Notes under the pieces: generated by a model | Databases searched by the model: none | Seen by the model: the letters and a program-made list of their open reading frames with translations, nothing else | Told to the model about the DNA's origin: nothing | Program-made: the position numbers and the translations under genes | In this document: piece after piece, positions 11,712-23,197 of the stretch | How positions within the stretch are numbered: the first letter of the stretch is position 1 | How the letters are laid out: every line of letters begins with the position of its first letter | Source of the DNA: Octopus sinensis | Lineage: Eukaryota | Length of the DNA: 64,000 bases | Assembly: GCF_006345805.1 (NCBI RefSeq) | Contig: NC_043020.1 | Span: 12,648,001 to 12,712,000, forward strand | Direction: 5' to 3'

Positions 11712-12187
11712 GTTTTATATAATAAACAAGAAAAAAGAATCGAGAGGAAATGGCTGTACCCGGACGAGATGATAAAAAAAACCTGACAACAACCAAAGTA
11801 AACAACACCTAAATAAATGACTCACGTGTTGCTTTTGTTAAGGAGATTAAACTAAAAATATAATCAGGTTGAATAAACCGACTGACTGAGAGCGCTTGTT
11901 ATGACTGTGGTAGTTGCTTTTCCTGGTGACAAAGAACAAGATTACAGGTTTGCTACAACACTGACAGTTAAATTCATACTATGACCTTAGTTTTTTCTAT
12001 ATATACAACATAACCAACAAACTCGTGACCTCTCTCCTATATTTTTCAATCTTTCCTTTCACAAAGCATTTCGTTTTCAGTTTGGCTGTGGGTCTCATCG
12101 TTTGTGTACTTTAGTGTTGCTCTCAGGAGGCGGGAATTGAAGTATTCAAAAAAAAAGAAGAAAAAGGGAGGGACAAATAGGCCTACT

Positions 12188-12593
12188 CGCTTTTTACTCT
12201 TTTATTTGTTTCAGTCATTTGACTGTGGCCATGCTGGAACACCGCCCTTTAGTCGAGTAAATCGACCCCAGGACTTATTCTTTGTAAGCCTAGTACTTAT
12301 TCTATCGGTCTCTTTTGCTGAACCGCTAAGTTACGGGGACATAAACACACCAGCATCGGTTGTCAAGCAATGGTGGGGGGGACAAACACAGACACACACA
12401 AACATATACACACATACATATATATATATACACACATATATACGACGGGCTTCTTCCAGTTTCCGTCTACCAAATCCACTCACAAGGCTTTGGTTGGCCC
12501 GAGGCTATAGCAGAAGACACTTGCCCAAGGTGCCACGCAGTGGGACTGAACCCGGAACCATGTGGTTGGTAAGCAAGCTACTTACCACACAGT
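12188..12593 (-). mobile_element. SINE family A
   Basis: Full-length reverse copy. Confidence 0.85.
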
Positions 12594-12609
12594 CACTAAA
12601 ATAAACTTA

Positions 12610-13230
12610 AGGGGTTCTTTTTAGGTCTAAAACTTTTTAAACTTGTCTCCATTTTATGGTGAAAAAACGAAAAAGAATTCTATGGATGCAAAATCTTTTA
12701 TCCTCTTTTACAGCTATGGTACGACCACACTTGGAATTCGCATCATCAATTTGGAACCCCTATCTTGCTCAGAACATTGACCTCCTGGAATCTGTCTAGA
12801 GACGTGCAACCAAACGCATACCCTCCATCAGACACCTACCATATTCTGAGCGCCTTGTTTCCCTGGGCATGGATTCACTGAAGCTCAGGCGTCTGGCGAC
12901 GGACTTGGTAAACACCCACAAAGCTATCAACCACCTCACCAACAACAACACTGAACACCTTTTTGATCTCCATGTGTCCAACACACGTGGACATGCCTAC
13001 AAAGTCAGAAAACAACACAGCTCCCATGACTTTCGGAAACATTTTTTCACGCTCAGAGTTGCTGAAGCATGGAATAAACTGCCTGTGTCAGTTGTTGACT
13101 GCCATGACACTGCATCCTTTAAGGCCCTCATGCTTTCCGAAATCCGCCAAAACTACACCTGATTATATATACACTTTAGATGAGTTGTAGTGCACCTGAG
13201 CACTGTACGCAATTATTATTATTATTATTA
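12610..13230 (+). mobile_element. CR1-clade LINE 3' fragment (RT C-terminus plus tail)
   Basis: YTAMVRPHLEFASSIWNPY...LESV*RRATK...SNTRGH...RKHFFTLRVAEAWNKLP with an in-frame stop and an (ATT)n tail. Confidence 0.9.
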
Positions 13231-14750
13231 TAAAGACGAAGGATGGAATGGGGGCAAAATATTTCAGTTTTTTTCTCGTGTCTGTCTGTTAGAAAACCCT
13301 TAATGTATTCAATATGGAATGAAATATCTAGAAGACTGTAATCATAGTTCTATTTACTTGTAAACTGGACTACATATATATAGCACCAATTGACAGCTTC
13401 ATGGCTTTTCCTGGAAAGGAATCAAGGGCCCTTTTTAACCCTTTAGCATTTAAACCGGCCATATCCGGCCAAAAGTATTCTGCCTGTTTTATGTTCAAAC
13501 TGGCCAGATCTGGTCTCTCAGACCAACCCTACAATATTGTTTTAAAAATTAACAGCTACCTCATCAAAATCTCATAGCTACAAGATAATGCATGATTAGT
13601 TCAAAACAATGTGGACGAAAAAGGATTAATTTTGGCAGAATAATGAGAACACTAAAGGGTTAAATCAGCAATGCTCATATTTTTGTTTTGTTTGTCTGTG
13701 TTTTTTGATTTTTGATTTTTTAAATTTTTTTCCATTAAACCTCATACTCATATAAATATACAAACAATGGGTCGTTGTTGTTGTTAATATCCAATATAAC
13801 TAAAGGTAGCAAGCTGGTAGAATCATTTCCACACTAGAAAAAATGCTTTGCAGTATTTCTTCCGACGTTACATTCTGAGTTCAAATCCTGCCGGAGTCGA
13901 CTTTACCTTTCATATTTTCAGGGTCAATAAAATAAGTACCAGTTGAATACAGGGGTCAATGTAATCGACTCTCCCCCTCTCCCAAAATTGTTGGCCTAGG
14001 GCCAGAATTTGGAACCAATATCTAATATAACTATAACAGTTTTCAACAGCAGCTATCCAAAACCGTTTTAAAAGGACAGATTACACAAATAAATATATTT
14101 ATTTCTTTATTGCCCACAAGGGGCTAAACATAGAAGGGACAAACAAGGACAGACAAACGGATTAAGTCGAATACATCGACCCCAGTGCGTAACTGGTACT
14201 TAATTTATCGACCCCGAAAGGATGAAAAGCAAAGTTGACCTCGGCGGAATTTGAACTCAGAATGTAACGGCAGACGAAATACGGCTACGCATTTCGCCCG
14301 ACCTGCTAACGTTTCTTATTTCTTTATTGCCCACAAGGGGCTAAACATAGAGAGGACAAACAAGGACAGACATTGGTATTCAGTTGATGTAATCGACCCC
14401 AGTGCATAACTGGTACTTATTTAATCGACCCCGAAAGGATGAAAGGCAAAGTCGACCTCAGCAGAATTTGAACTCAAAATGTAACGGCAGACGAAATACC
14501 GCTAAGCATTTTGCCCAATGTGCTAATGATTCTGCCAGCTCACCACCACAAGGGAATATATTAGCCTGCATCTGTTATACTCCTCACACAGATGACATAC
14601 CTAGAACTGCCTCTATTTTAAATTTCAGGGAATTAATTTGACACTAAACATTAATACCCTACCCTCAAAGTCATTCAAAGACCTGGTTATACATTAGGCA
14701 AGGCATTGACAGCCTTTGTCCATCAGCAGACCTTATGCAATACTGATCAT

Positions 14751-15110
14751 CATGATTTAACAAACACAGCATGTAGTAGTTAGTTCGTTAATGGACGATT
14801 CAGAAAATCCCCAAGTTCTACCAAATTTAAATCAAGAAAAATCACATATGAACAAGAGGAGGGTAACAAATGTCTCAATTGTTTCAGAAAAGGATGACAG
14901 CCAGTGTTTTTGAGGGCAGATTTGATCATCAACAAAATCAAACCTGGATTTACATTTGTGTCACTTGGAAATCCCAAATATAACACTTGAGACTTTTGTT
15001 ACCCTCTTGTTCATATGTGATTTTTCTTGATTTAAATTTGGTAGAACTTGGGGATTTTCTGAATCATCAATTAATGAACATATACTACATGCTATGTTTG
15101 TTAAATCATG
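14751..15110. mobile_element. MITE with ~125-bp terminal inverted repeats
   Basis: catgatttaacaaac...aaatcacatatgaacaagag mirrored by ctcttgttcatatgtgattt...gtttgttaaatcatg. Confidence 0.8.
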
Positions 15111-15247
15111 TTTGTCACAGAAGACATAGCAATGAAGAATAATAAATCAGTAATGATATCCTCAATTCAAATACAACCTTTACCTGTAAATATTCTTTAC
15201 CTGTAAGACCAAATGCCAACAAACAAAACATCAACCAGCTTGAGCTA

Positions 15248-15728
15248 TCATCATCATTGTTTGACCGTGATTGAGACAATGGAATTTACCATGCTACGCC
15301 AGACTTCACGGTCCATCATAGCATTACAGAGGTCCTGTTGCTGGATGCCTGTATCCCTGGAGATTACATCAGGGTAGGAGAGTGTGCGCCCTCTGGTATT
15401 GCGAGTAGATGGCTTCCAGAGGAGAAGAGTAGAAATTGCCTCGCTTTCAGCTCTACAACAATGTCCAGCAAACTGGACTCTCCTACTTTTCACAAGAGAT
15501 GACACAGGTGGTAGCTTCCCATATATCTGCATTTTGGTTGGATGACGCTTCCACAAGAGATTTTGAGCTCTCATAAGGAGGCGAGTGTAGGTTCCATCCA
15601 ACCGCCTCTCAAGCTTCTTTGATAACGTCCAGGTTTCTGAGCCATATAGTAGAATTGGTTGGACTGTGGCTTTGAAGATTTCAAGTTTGAAGTCTCTACT
15701 TAGATTTGATGACCAGATCTTATGCATG
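15248..15728 (-). mobile_element. RTE-clade LINE 3' fragment (~480 bp)
   Basis: KLEIFKATVQPILLYGSETW...RRVQFAGHC...DREVWR with (TGA)n tail. Confidence 0.9.
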
Positions 15729-15840
15729 GCCTATCCAGCTGTGGCTGATCTCACATAAAAACAGCCTCGAGTTGACCAAACCACCTTTTATTAACAGTTC
15801 ACAAACCCAACCTTTTCTGTATTTATGAGTGTGTATTAAT

Positions 15841-15967
15841 TTAATTTTTACAGGAAAAAAGGTTGACAGTGACTTTGAAGTTTTGGCTAGTTTGCTATCA
15901 TCAAACTGATGATGGTGAGCAACCTACACTGTGAAGTCACTCTTAACCTTTTCCTTGTAAAAATTAA
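15841..15967. mobile_element. Small foldback element (~35-bp imperfect TIRs)
   Basis: ttaatttttacaggaaaaaaggtt...gtgactt and aagtcac...aaccttttccttgtaaaaattaa. Confidence 0.6.
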
Positions 15968-16706
15968 TATGTTCTCCATTAAAAAGTATTGAATAATACT
16001 GAATTAATTAAATTGTTTTTATGTATAACATGACATAAAACAAACATATATGTAATGGACTCTCCCATCAAAGATGACATATGAGTATTCATCTTTTGCC
16101 GAGTGACCTGCACAAAGGATTTGTTTATAGTGATCAAATGTATGTGTTGTATGTTAGCTCACTCTCTCCATCGAATTGACGTTGTCTGAACAGGTGTACA
16201 GTGAACCATGCATCAGATCTTGACGTGATCACAGAGCAACATGCAACATGTGATGAAGTGTTTTGCTCAAGAACACAACACAACACACCACCTAGTCTAG
16301 GAATTGAAACCATGATCCTGTGATCATGAGTGCAACACCCTGACCACTAGACCATGCATCTTCATATATATATATATATAAAAAGCACCCACTACACTCA
16401 CGGAGTGGTTGGCATTAGGAAGGGCATCCAGCCGTAGAAACACTGCCAGATCAGACTGGGCCTGATGCAGCCTTCTGGTTTCACAGACCCCAGTTGAACC
16501 GTCCAACCCATGCTAGCATGGAAAGCAGACGCTAAGTGATGATGATGATGATAATTATATAAATATACCGGAGTAAACACATAAATGTGAAACAAGGTGG
16601 AAAAAAGAGTGCTCAAATATCAGGGGTAGAGTAATATGCTTTATTTAAAAGCAGCAGAAACTCCAAGTAACAGGTTTTGTTGAATTTCTGATGCTTTTAA
16701 ATAAAG

Positions 16707-16744
<38 letters not shown>

Positions 16745-17067
16745 CTCTCTCTCTTTTGATTTCACTTGCCTCAACAGGTCTACACAAGCAGAGTTTAGTG
16801 TCCAATGAAGGAAACGTACACATAAGTGAGCTGGTTACACTCCTGGCATAGGCCTTGAATCAAATTCGATGACTGGCCCTCGTGCCGGTGGCATGTAAAA
16901 GCACCCACTACACTCTCGGAGTGGTTGGCATTAGGAAGGGCATCCAGCTGTAGAAACTCTGCCAGATCAGATTGGAGACTGGTGCAGCCATCTGGTTCAC
17001 CAGTCCTCAGTCAAATCGTCCAACCCATGCTAGCATGGAAAGCAGATGTTAAACGATGATGATGATG

Positions 17068-17108
<41 letters not shown>

Positions 17109-18029
17109 CTTGCAAGCAATTCACAGTTACAAATGCTATTGATACTAAAAGCTCTACATATTGGGCATTAGCTTGTTGGCTTCTAGTGTCAACAGATGAT
17201 TCATGAGGAATTCTGGAAGGAGCATCGTGAGACCACTGCTGAGATGCTTCCACAAAATAAAAAAAGAAAAGCCGTTAGAAAACCGATTATAGCAACGACT
17301 CCATCTAAGAATATCTGAAGAAGGAATATTATTCCGAAATATATCAGATTATGGGTGACTAAATTACAACAGGTATATAGTCCATTGTCTGTATTGTAGT
17401 GCATTGTTGACCCATTTAAAACTTTTTATTCTTTACAAACAATACACAATGCTTCAAAAGAACTACAATACTCTCATAATGCACAATGTTTTGCAGTCTT
17501 CTCCTCAATGGTTTTATTGTGATCTGCCCCTCCCCATTCATTGTGACTAGCTTCAAACCTTGACTTATTGTTCCTCACACCACTTATTTCAACTAATTCC
17601 ACACACACACACTCTCTCTCTGTGTCAGACCCTCTCTCGCTCTATCATACACTCATTCTCTCTCTGTCAGACTCCCCTCTCTCTCTCTATCACACCCTCT
17701 CTCTCTCTCTATCACACCCTCTCTCTCTCTATCACACCCTCTCTCTCACTTTATCAGAAATAACACAGTGCAATATTGCGGTGGAAATTTTTGCAAGCAT
17801 AAGTAAGGTATCATGATCTCTGGAAATGGTCATTGATATGGCAATTACAATGATAGAACTCATTTACTTATTGGGTCATTTCCAAAGTCTTAGAATAAAC
17901 AGTATTCTCGCTTTCGCCATGTGGTTCTATGATAAAGAGACAACCATTTTTCTACAGCTCTTGAAGTAGCAACACGAAGCTGGCCATGGGAAAAGCTAGT
18001 CCCACAACTTACAATGAGAGCACTTAGGT

Positions 18030-19028
18030 ATTATAATAATAATAATAATGAAATTATTGTATACAGTGCTCATGTGCACCACAACTTGTCAGAAAGTGCA
18101 TATAAAGTACATGCAGTAATGTAGAAATGTCTGAAAAGTGAACAGTGTATGAGTCAGATACATGCTTGCGTGTGTATGGAGGGGAGAAAATCAGGTGTAG
18201 TGTTGATGAATCCCAGGAAGCATGGAAGTTTTGAAGGATGCAGTGCTCCGACAACTAACAACCGATGCCGGCAGTTTGTTCCATGCCTCAGCGTGTGTAT
18301 GGAGGGGAGAAAATCAGGTGTAGTGTTGGCGAATCTCGGGAAGCATGGAAGTTTTGAAGGATGCAGTGCTCCAACAACTAACAATCGATGCCGGCAGTTT
18401 GTTCCATGCCTCAGCGTGTGTATGGAGGGGAGAAAATCAGGTGTAGTGTTGGCGAATCTCGGGAAGCATGGAAGTTTTGAAGGATGCAGTGCTCCAACAA
18501 CTAACAATCGATGCCGGCAGTTTGTTCCATGCCTCAGCGTGTGTATGGAGGGGAGGAAATCAGGTGTAGTGTTGGCGAATCTCGGGAAGCATGGAAGTTT
18601 TGAAGGATGCAGTGCTCCGACAACTAACAACCGATGCCGGCAGTTTGTTCCATGCCTCAGCGTGTGTATGGAGGGGAGGAAATCAGGTGTAGTGTTGGCG
18701 AATCTCGGGAAGCATGGAAGTTTTGAAGGATGCAGTGCTCCAACAACTAACAACCGATGCCGGCAGTTTGTTCCATGCCTCAGCGTGTGTATGGAGGGGA
18801 GAAAATCAGGTGTAGTGTTGGCGAATCTCGGGAAGCATGGAAGTTTTGAAGGATGCAGTGCTCCAACAACTAACAATCGATGCCGGCAGTTTGTTCCATG
18901 CCTCAGCGTGTGTATGGAGGGGAGGAAATCAGGTGTAGTGTTGGCGAATCTCGGGAAGCATGGAGGTTTTGAAGGATGCAGTGCTCCGACAACTAACAAC
19001 CGATGCCGGCAGTTTGTTCCATGCTTCA
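18030..19028 (-). repeat. CR1 3' end carrying 7 tandem copies of a 123-bp RT C-terminal segment
   Basis: Period 123 bp (41 codons); the unit matches 44340-44470. LINE tail at 18030-18165. Confidence 0.9.
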
Positions 19029-19507
19029 GTATTATTGCTGTGTGGTTAAGAAGTTTGATTTGCAGCGGTTGGATTTTCTGTAGCAACAGCTTTCAACTCT
19101 TCGGAATCAAGTTGTTTCGAATGGCCTTCTTTTGGCTTGACTTTCAAACTCAAATCCTTTCTTTTGAAGCAAGAAAACCATCTCCAGTTAACTTCTTTCA
19201 TTCACTACATCATCCCCATAAACTTGCTGAAGAGACTTTGCTGCTGTGCTTGCATTGACGCCTTTATGAAACTCATAGAGTAAGACATGTCTAGTGTGAT
19301 CTTTAGATGGGACGAACATGGGTGCGAATATAACGGAAGATTATGGCCAATACAATTAGAATCTGAAAGAAAAATGTATAAATTACTCATTGTGACATTC
19401 TTAGAACATTGCAAGAGGCACAATTTTAAAAAGTATTATCTAAAACTATCTTCTAAAAAAAAACAGCCATTACCTTTGCACCAACCTGATATATATATAT
19501 ATATATA

Positions 19508-19715
19508 CCGGAGTAAACACATAAATGTAAACAAGGTGGAAAAAAGAGTACTCAAATACCAGTGGTAGAGTAATATGCTTTATTTAAAGCAGCAGAAAAT
19601 TCAACAAAACCTGTTACTCTGAGTTTCCTGTTGCCGTTCATCGGACAGTTTTTGAACGGCAACAGGAAACTCAGAGTAACAAGTTTTGTTGAATTTTCTG
19701 CTGCTTTAAATAAAG
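19508..19715 (+). mobile_element. (TA)n-embedded element with terminal ~63-bp hairpin; copies at 16568-16706 (+) and 55434-55659 (-)
   Basis: Begins CCGGAGTAAACAC and ends in inverted arms ctttatttaaagcagc...gccgttca / tgaacggc...gctttaaataaag. All three copies are flanked by TA-rich runs. Confidence 0.8.
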
Positions 19716-19720
19716 TATAA

Positions 19721-19757
<37 letters not shown>

Positions 19758-20139
19758 GAGCAAAACGCTTCCCCCGCCCGTCCAATGGACGGTGCTGAGT
19801 TATCAAACATTTAAACCAAATTTTCTCAAAACAACTTATCCGACCGTCCCATAGGCCTCCCCTTTGAGAAACACTGATTTAACCTAAATTTGAGACACCA
19901 GCAAAAGACGGATTTCGACTGATGTACTTGCGCGTACAAATGCATGTTCCCACAGCTTTATCGATCGCATTCTCACCTGGAATCGATTTTTGTAATTTTT
20001 TCAAGACTTATACATGCCCTGATACCGTCGGTATCTACATATCAAATTTGAGCGCAATCGGATGGAGGGTGCCCAAGATCCTAGAAGACACACACTCACA
20101 GACAGAACGGATTTTATATTATATACATACATACATTTT

Positions 20140-21535
20140 TTTTTTTTTTTACTTATTTCAGTCATTTGACTGCGGCCATGCTGGAGCACCGCCTTTAGTC
20201 GAGCAAATCGACCCTGGGACTTATTCTTTGTAAGCCCTGTACTTATTTTATCAGTCTCTTTTGCCGAACCGCTAAGTGATGGGACGTAAACACACCAACA
20301 TCGGTTGTCAAGTAATGCTAGGGAGACAAACACAGACACACAAACATATACACACACATACATATATACATATATATACATATATATACATCTATACGAC
20401 GGGCTTCTTTCAGTTTCTGTCTACCAAATCCACTCACAAGGCTTTGGTCGGCCCGAGGCTATAGTAGAAGACACTTGCCCAAGATGCCACGCAGTGGGAC
20501 TGAACCTGGAACCATGTGGTTGGGCTTCTTTCAGTTTCTGAACCCGGAACCATGTGGTTGGGCTTCTTTCAGTTTCTGAACCCGGAACCATGTGGTTGGG
20601 CTTATTTCAGTTTCTGAACCCGGAACCATGTGGTTGGGCTTATTTCAGTTTCTGAACCCGGAACCATGTGGTTGGGCTTCTTTCAGTTTCTGAACCCGGA
20701 ACCATGTGGTTGGGCTTCTTTCAGTTTCTGTTTACTAAATCCATTCACAAGGTTTTGTTTGGCCAGAGGCTATTTAGCAGAAGATACTTGCCCAAGGTGT
20801 CAAGGATTGAGACTGAACCTGGAACCATGTAGTTGCGAAGCAAGCTTCTTATCACACAGCCACGCCTCTGTGTGTGTGTGTGTGTGTGTGTGGGTTCGCG
20901 AGCGTTTGTGTGTGTGTGTGTTTGTCCTGTGTGTGTGTTTGTTCCTCACCACTGCTTGACAATAAATGTTGGTGTGTTTACGTCCCCGTAAAGTGACCAA
21001 TAGAATAAGTTGTAGGCTTAACAAAATAACTCCTGGGGGGGGGGGTGATTTGTTCGACTAAAACTCTTCGAGGCCGTGCCCCCAGCATCACCGCAGTCAA
21101 ATGACTGAGTAAAATAAAAGGCGCAGGAGAGGCTGTGTGATAAGTAGCTGGCTTACCAACCACATGGTTCCAGGTTCAGTCCCACTGCATGGCACCTTGG
21201 TCAAGTGTCTTCTACTATAGCCTCGGGCCGACCAAAGCCTTGTGAGTGGATTTGGTAGACGGAAACTGAAAGAAGCCCGTCGTATATATGTATATATATA
21301 TTATATGTGTGTGTGTTTGTGTGTCTGTGTTTGTCCCCCTAGCTTTGCTTGACAACCGATGCTGGTGTGTTTGCGTCCCCGTAACTTAGCGGTTCGGCAA
21401 AAGAGACCGATAGAATAAGTACTGGGCTTACAAAAAGAATAAGTCCCGGGTCGAGTTGCTCGATTAAAAGGCGGTGCTCCAGCAAGGCCGCAGTCAAATG
21501 ACTGAAACAAGTAAAAGAGTAAAAGTGTAAAAGAG
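20140..21535. mobile_element. Cluster of SINE A copies (20140-20520 -, 20720-21115 -, 21120-21535 +)
   Basis: Family A sequence; a 38-bp minisatellite sits at the junction of the first two copies. Confidence 0.8.
20505..20730. repeat. 38-bp minisatellite, about 6 copies, made of two SINE-A segments
   Basis: Unit aacccggaaccatgtggttgggcttctttcagtttctg. Confidence 0.9.
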
Positions 21536-21839
21536 TATAAAAAGATTTAACTTAAGTATTGGCTTTTATTTATTCCATTTTTTTTGTGCGGATGGCGTCT
21601 AAATGTGATGAGACGTGTTGCATCATTCGGTTTTTTGTGGTTGTAGTGTTACTTGATAGTGTGTATGAATCTCTCACCGTGTATATATGTATCTAAGCGT
21701 GTGCCTGTATATATGTGTGTGTGTATGCGTGTGTGTGAGTGTGCGTGAGTGTATGTGTGAGTGCGTGCGAGTAAGCGTGAATCTGTGTCTCTTCTTATAC
21801 AAGTTTAAATCCATTGAGTTCCCTCCCTTGGCAGTGCTG

Positions 21840-21966
21840 ATGGCTGAATCGAAACTAAAATGCGAACGTTCGGATAAAAGTGTTCACAACAAACAAACGA
21901 GCGATGTCAAGTTCACGATGCCTGTTCAAGAAAGGGCAATCGAACCCAATGTCTTGAAAGAATACC
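21840..21966 (+). CDS. ASB13: Ankyrin repeat and SOCS box protein (ASB13-like), coding exon 1 (127 nt)
   Basis: ATG, then MAESKLKCERSDKSVHNKQTSDVKFTMPVQERAIEPNVLKEY, then donor GTAAGT at phase 1, which fits exon 2 (C+TG=Leu). No homology support for this segment, so the start is less certain. Confidence 0.65.
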
Positions 21967-22725
21967 GTAAGTATCCGTCGTATTCCTTCACTCTTCTGTA
22001 AAAGGCGGTTTCTCTCAGATCCCTTTAAAGCGAATGATGTTGTATTCGAATAACAAACAACTAAGACGTTGTTGTTCGCTATTCAAGACCTCCGTAATAA
22101 ATTGCTTGGCAAGAATATATATTATATATTGTCATTGTAGAACCGGAGAGATCTTTATTGGACATACTTTACGAACCAGTAGGAAATAAATTACATAACA
22201 CGCAAAATACCTTTATGTAAACACACACATATATATATATAATGTGTGTGCTTCTTCGGATATATGATCCACTGACGTTATGCGTATATATATATATATA
22301 TGTATATATATATGTGTGCTTTACCATTTCTCTTAGACATAGCGATACTAATAATCTGTTAGGCCTAAATATACATATGCTTCAGAATTAAGCGTTAGGG
22401 TGAGTGCCGGGCATAAAATTTAAAAAATTCTTGTTCTCTTGTCATTTATTTTATTTCAAAAACATACACGCACACACGCGACTGAAGAAGGGGAATTTTC
22501 CTTGTATTGTATGTCCTGTACTCTATTTTTTTCGGTGTTTAAAAAGAATGTCCATTTCCTTGGTTTTATGTTTATCTTTTCGTTTCTCATTGTGTTCGAC
22601 GTTTTATTTGGTGTCCTGTACCCATACATGCATGTATATATACATGTAGATGTAGGTACGTACATATATGTATGTATATAGGCATATGTTTTATTAATTT
22701 ATATATATATATATACACACACACG

Positions 22726-22812
<87 letters not shown>

Positions 22813-23197
22813 TATATATTTCAAAGGAATTCCAACTCTGTTTATGTTTTAATTATATTCTTTATAATATTAATATAGAATGTATAGTATAAATAGTATA
22901 TATATATATAGTAAAATGAAATGAAGTATTGATTGTCTTATTGAATAGATGAAATATTGAATATCAAATATTAAGGGACTAGTATACATTCTTGCATTAA
23001 AGCAGTCTTCGAGGTCCCAGGTTGTGACAGGAATATTTCTGCTGTCAACACAATTGTTATTCAATTTTCTAAAGAAGCAAGCTACAAATGGTCATAGGTA
23101 ATAGTTTTATGGTCGAGTATACACCTGTAGTATGTTGTTTAAAGCCCATTCATGGCAATAATTATATATATATACGGACATACATTCATTGAAGCAT

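Noticed and set aside
18149-19258. 369-aa and 310-aa repetitive ORFs as protein genes
   Set aside because: They come from a 123-bp CR1-derived unit that happens to be stop-free; no splice or start context.
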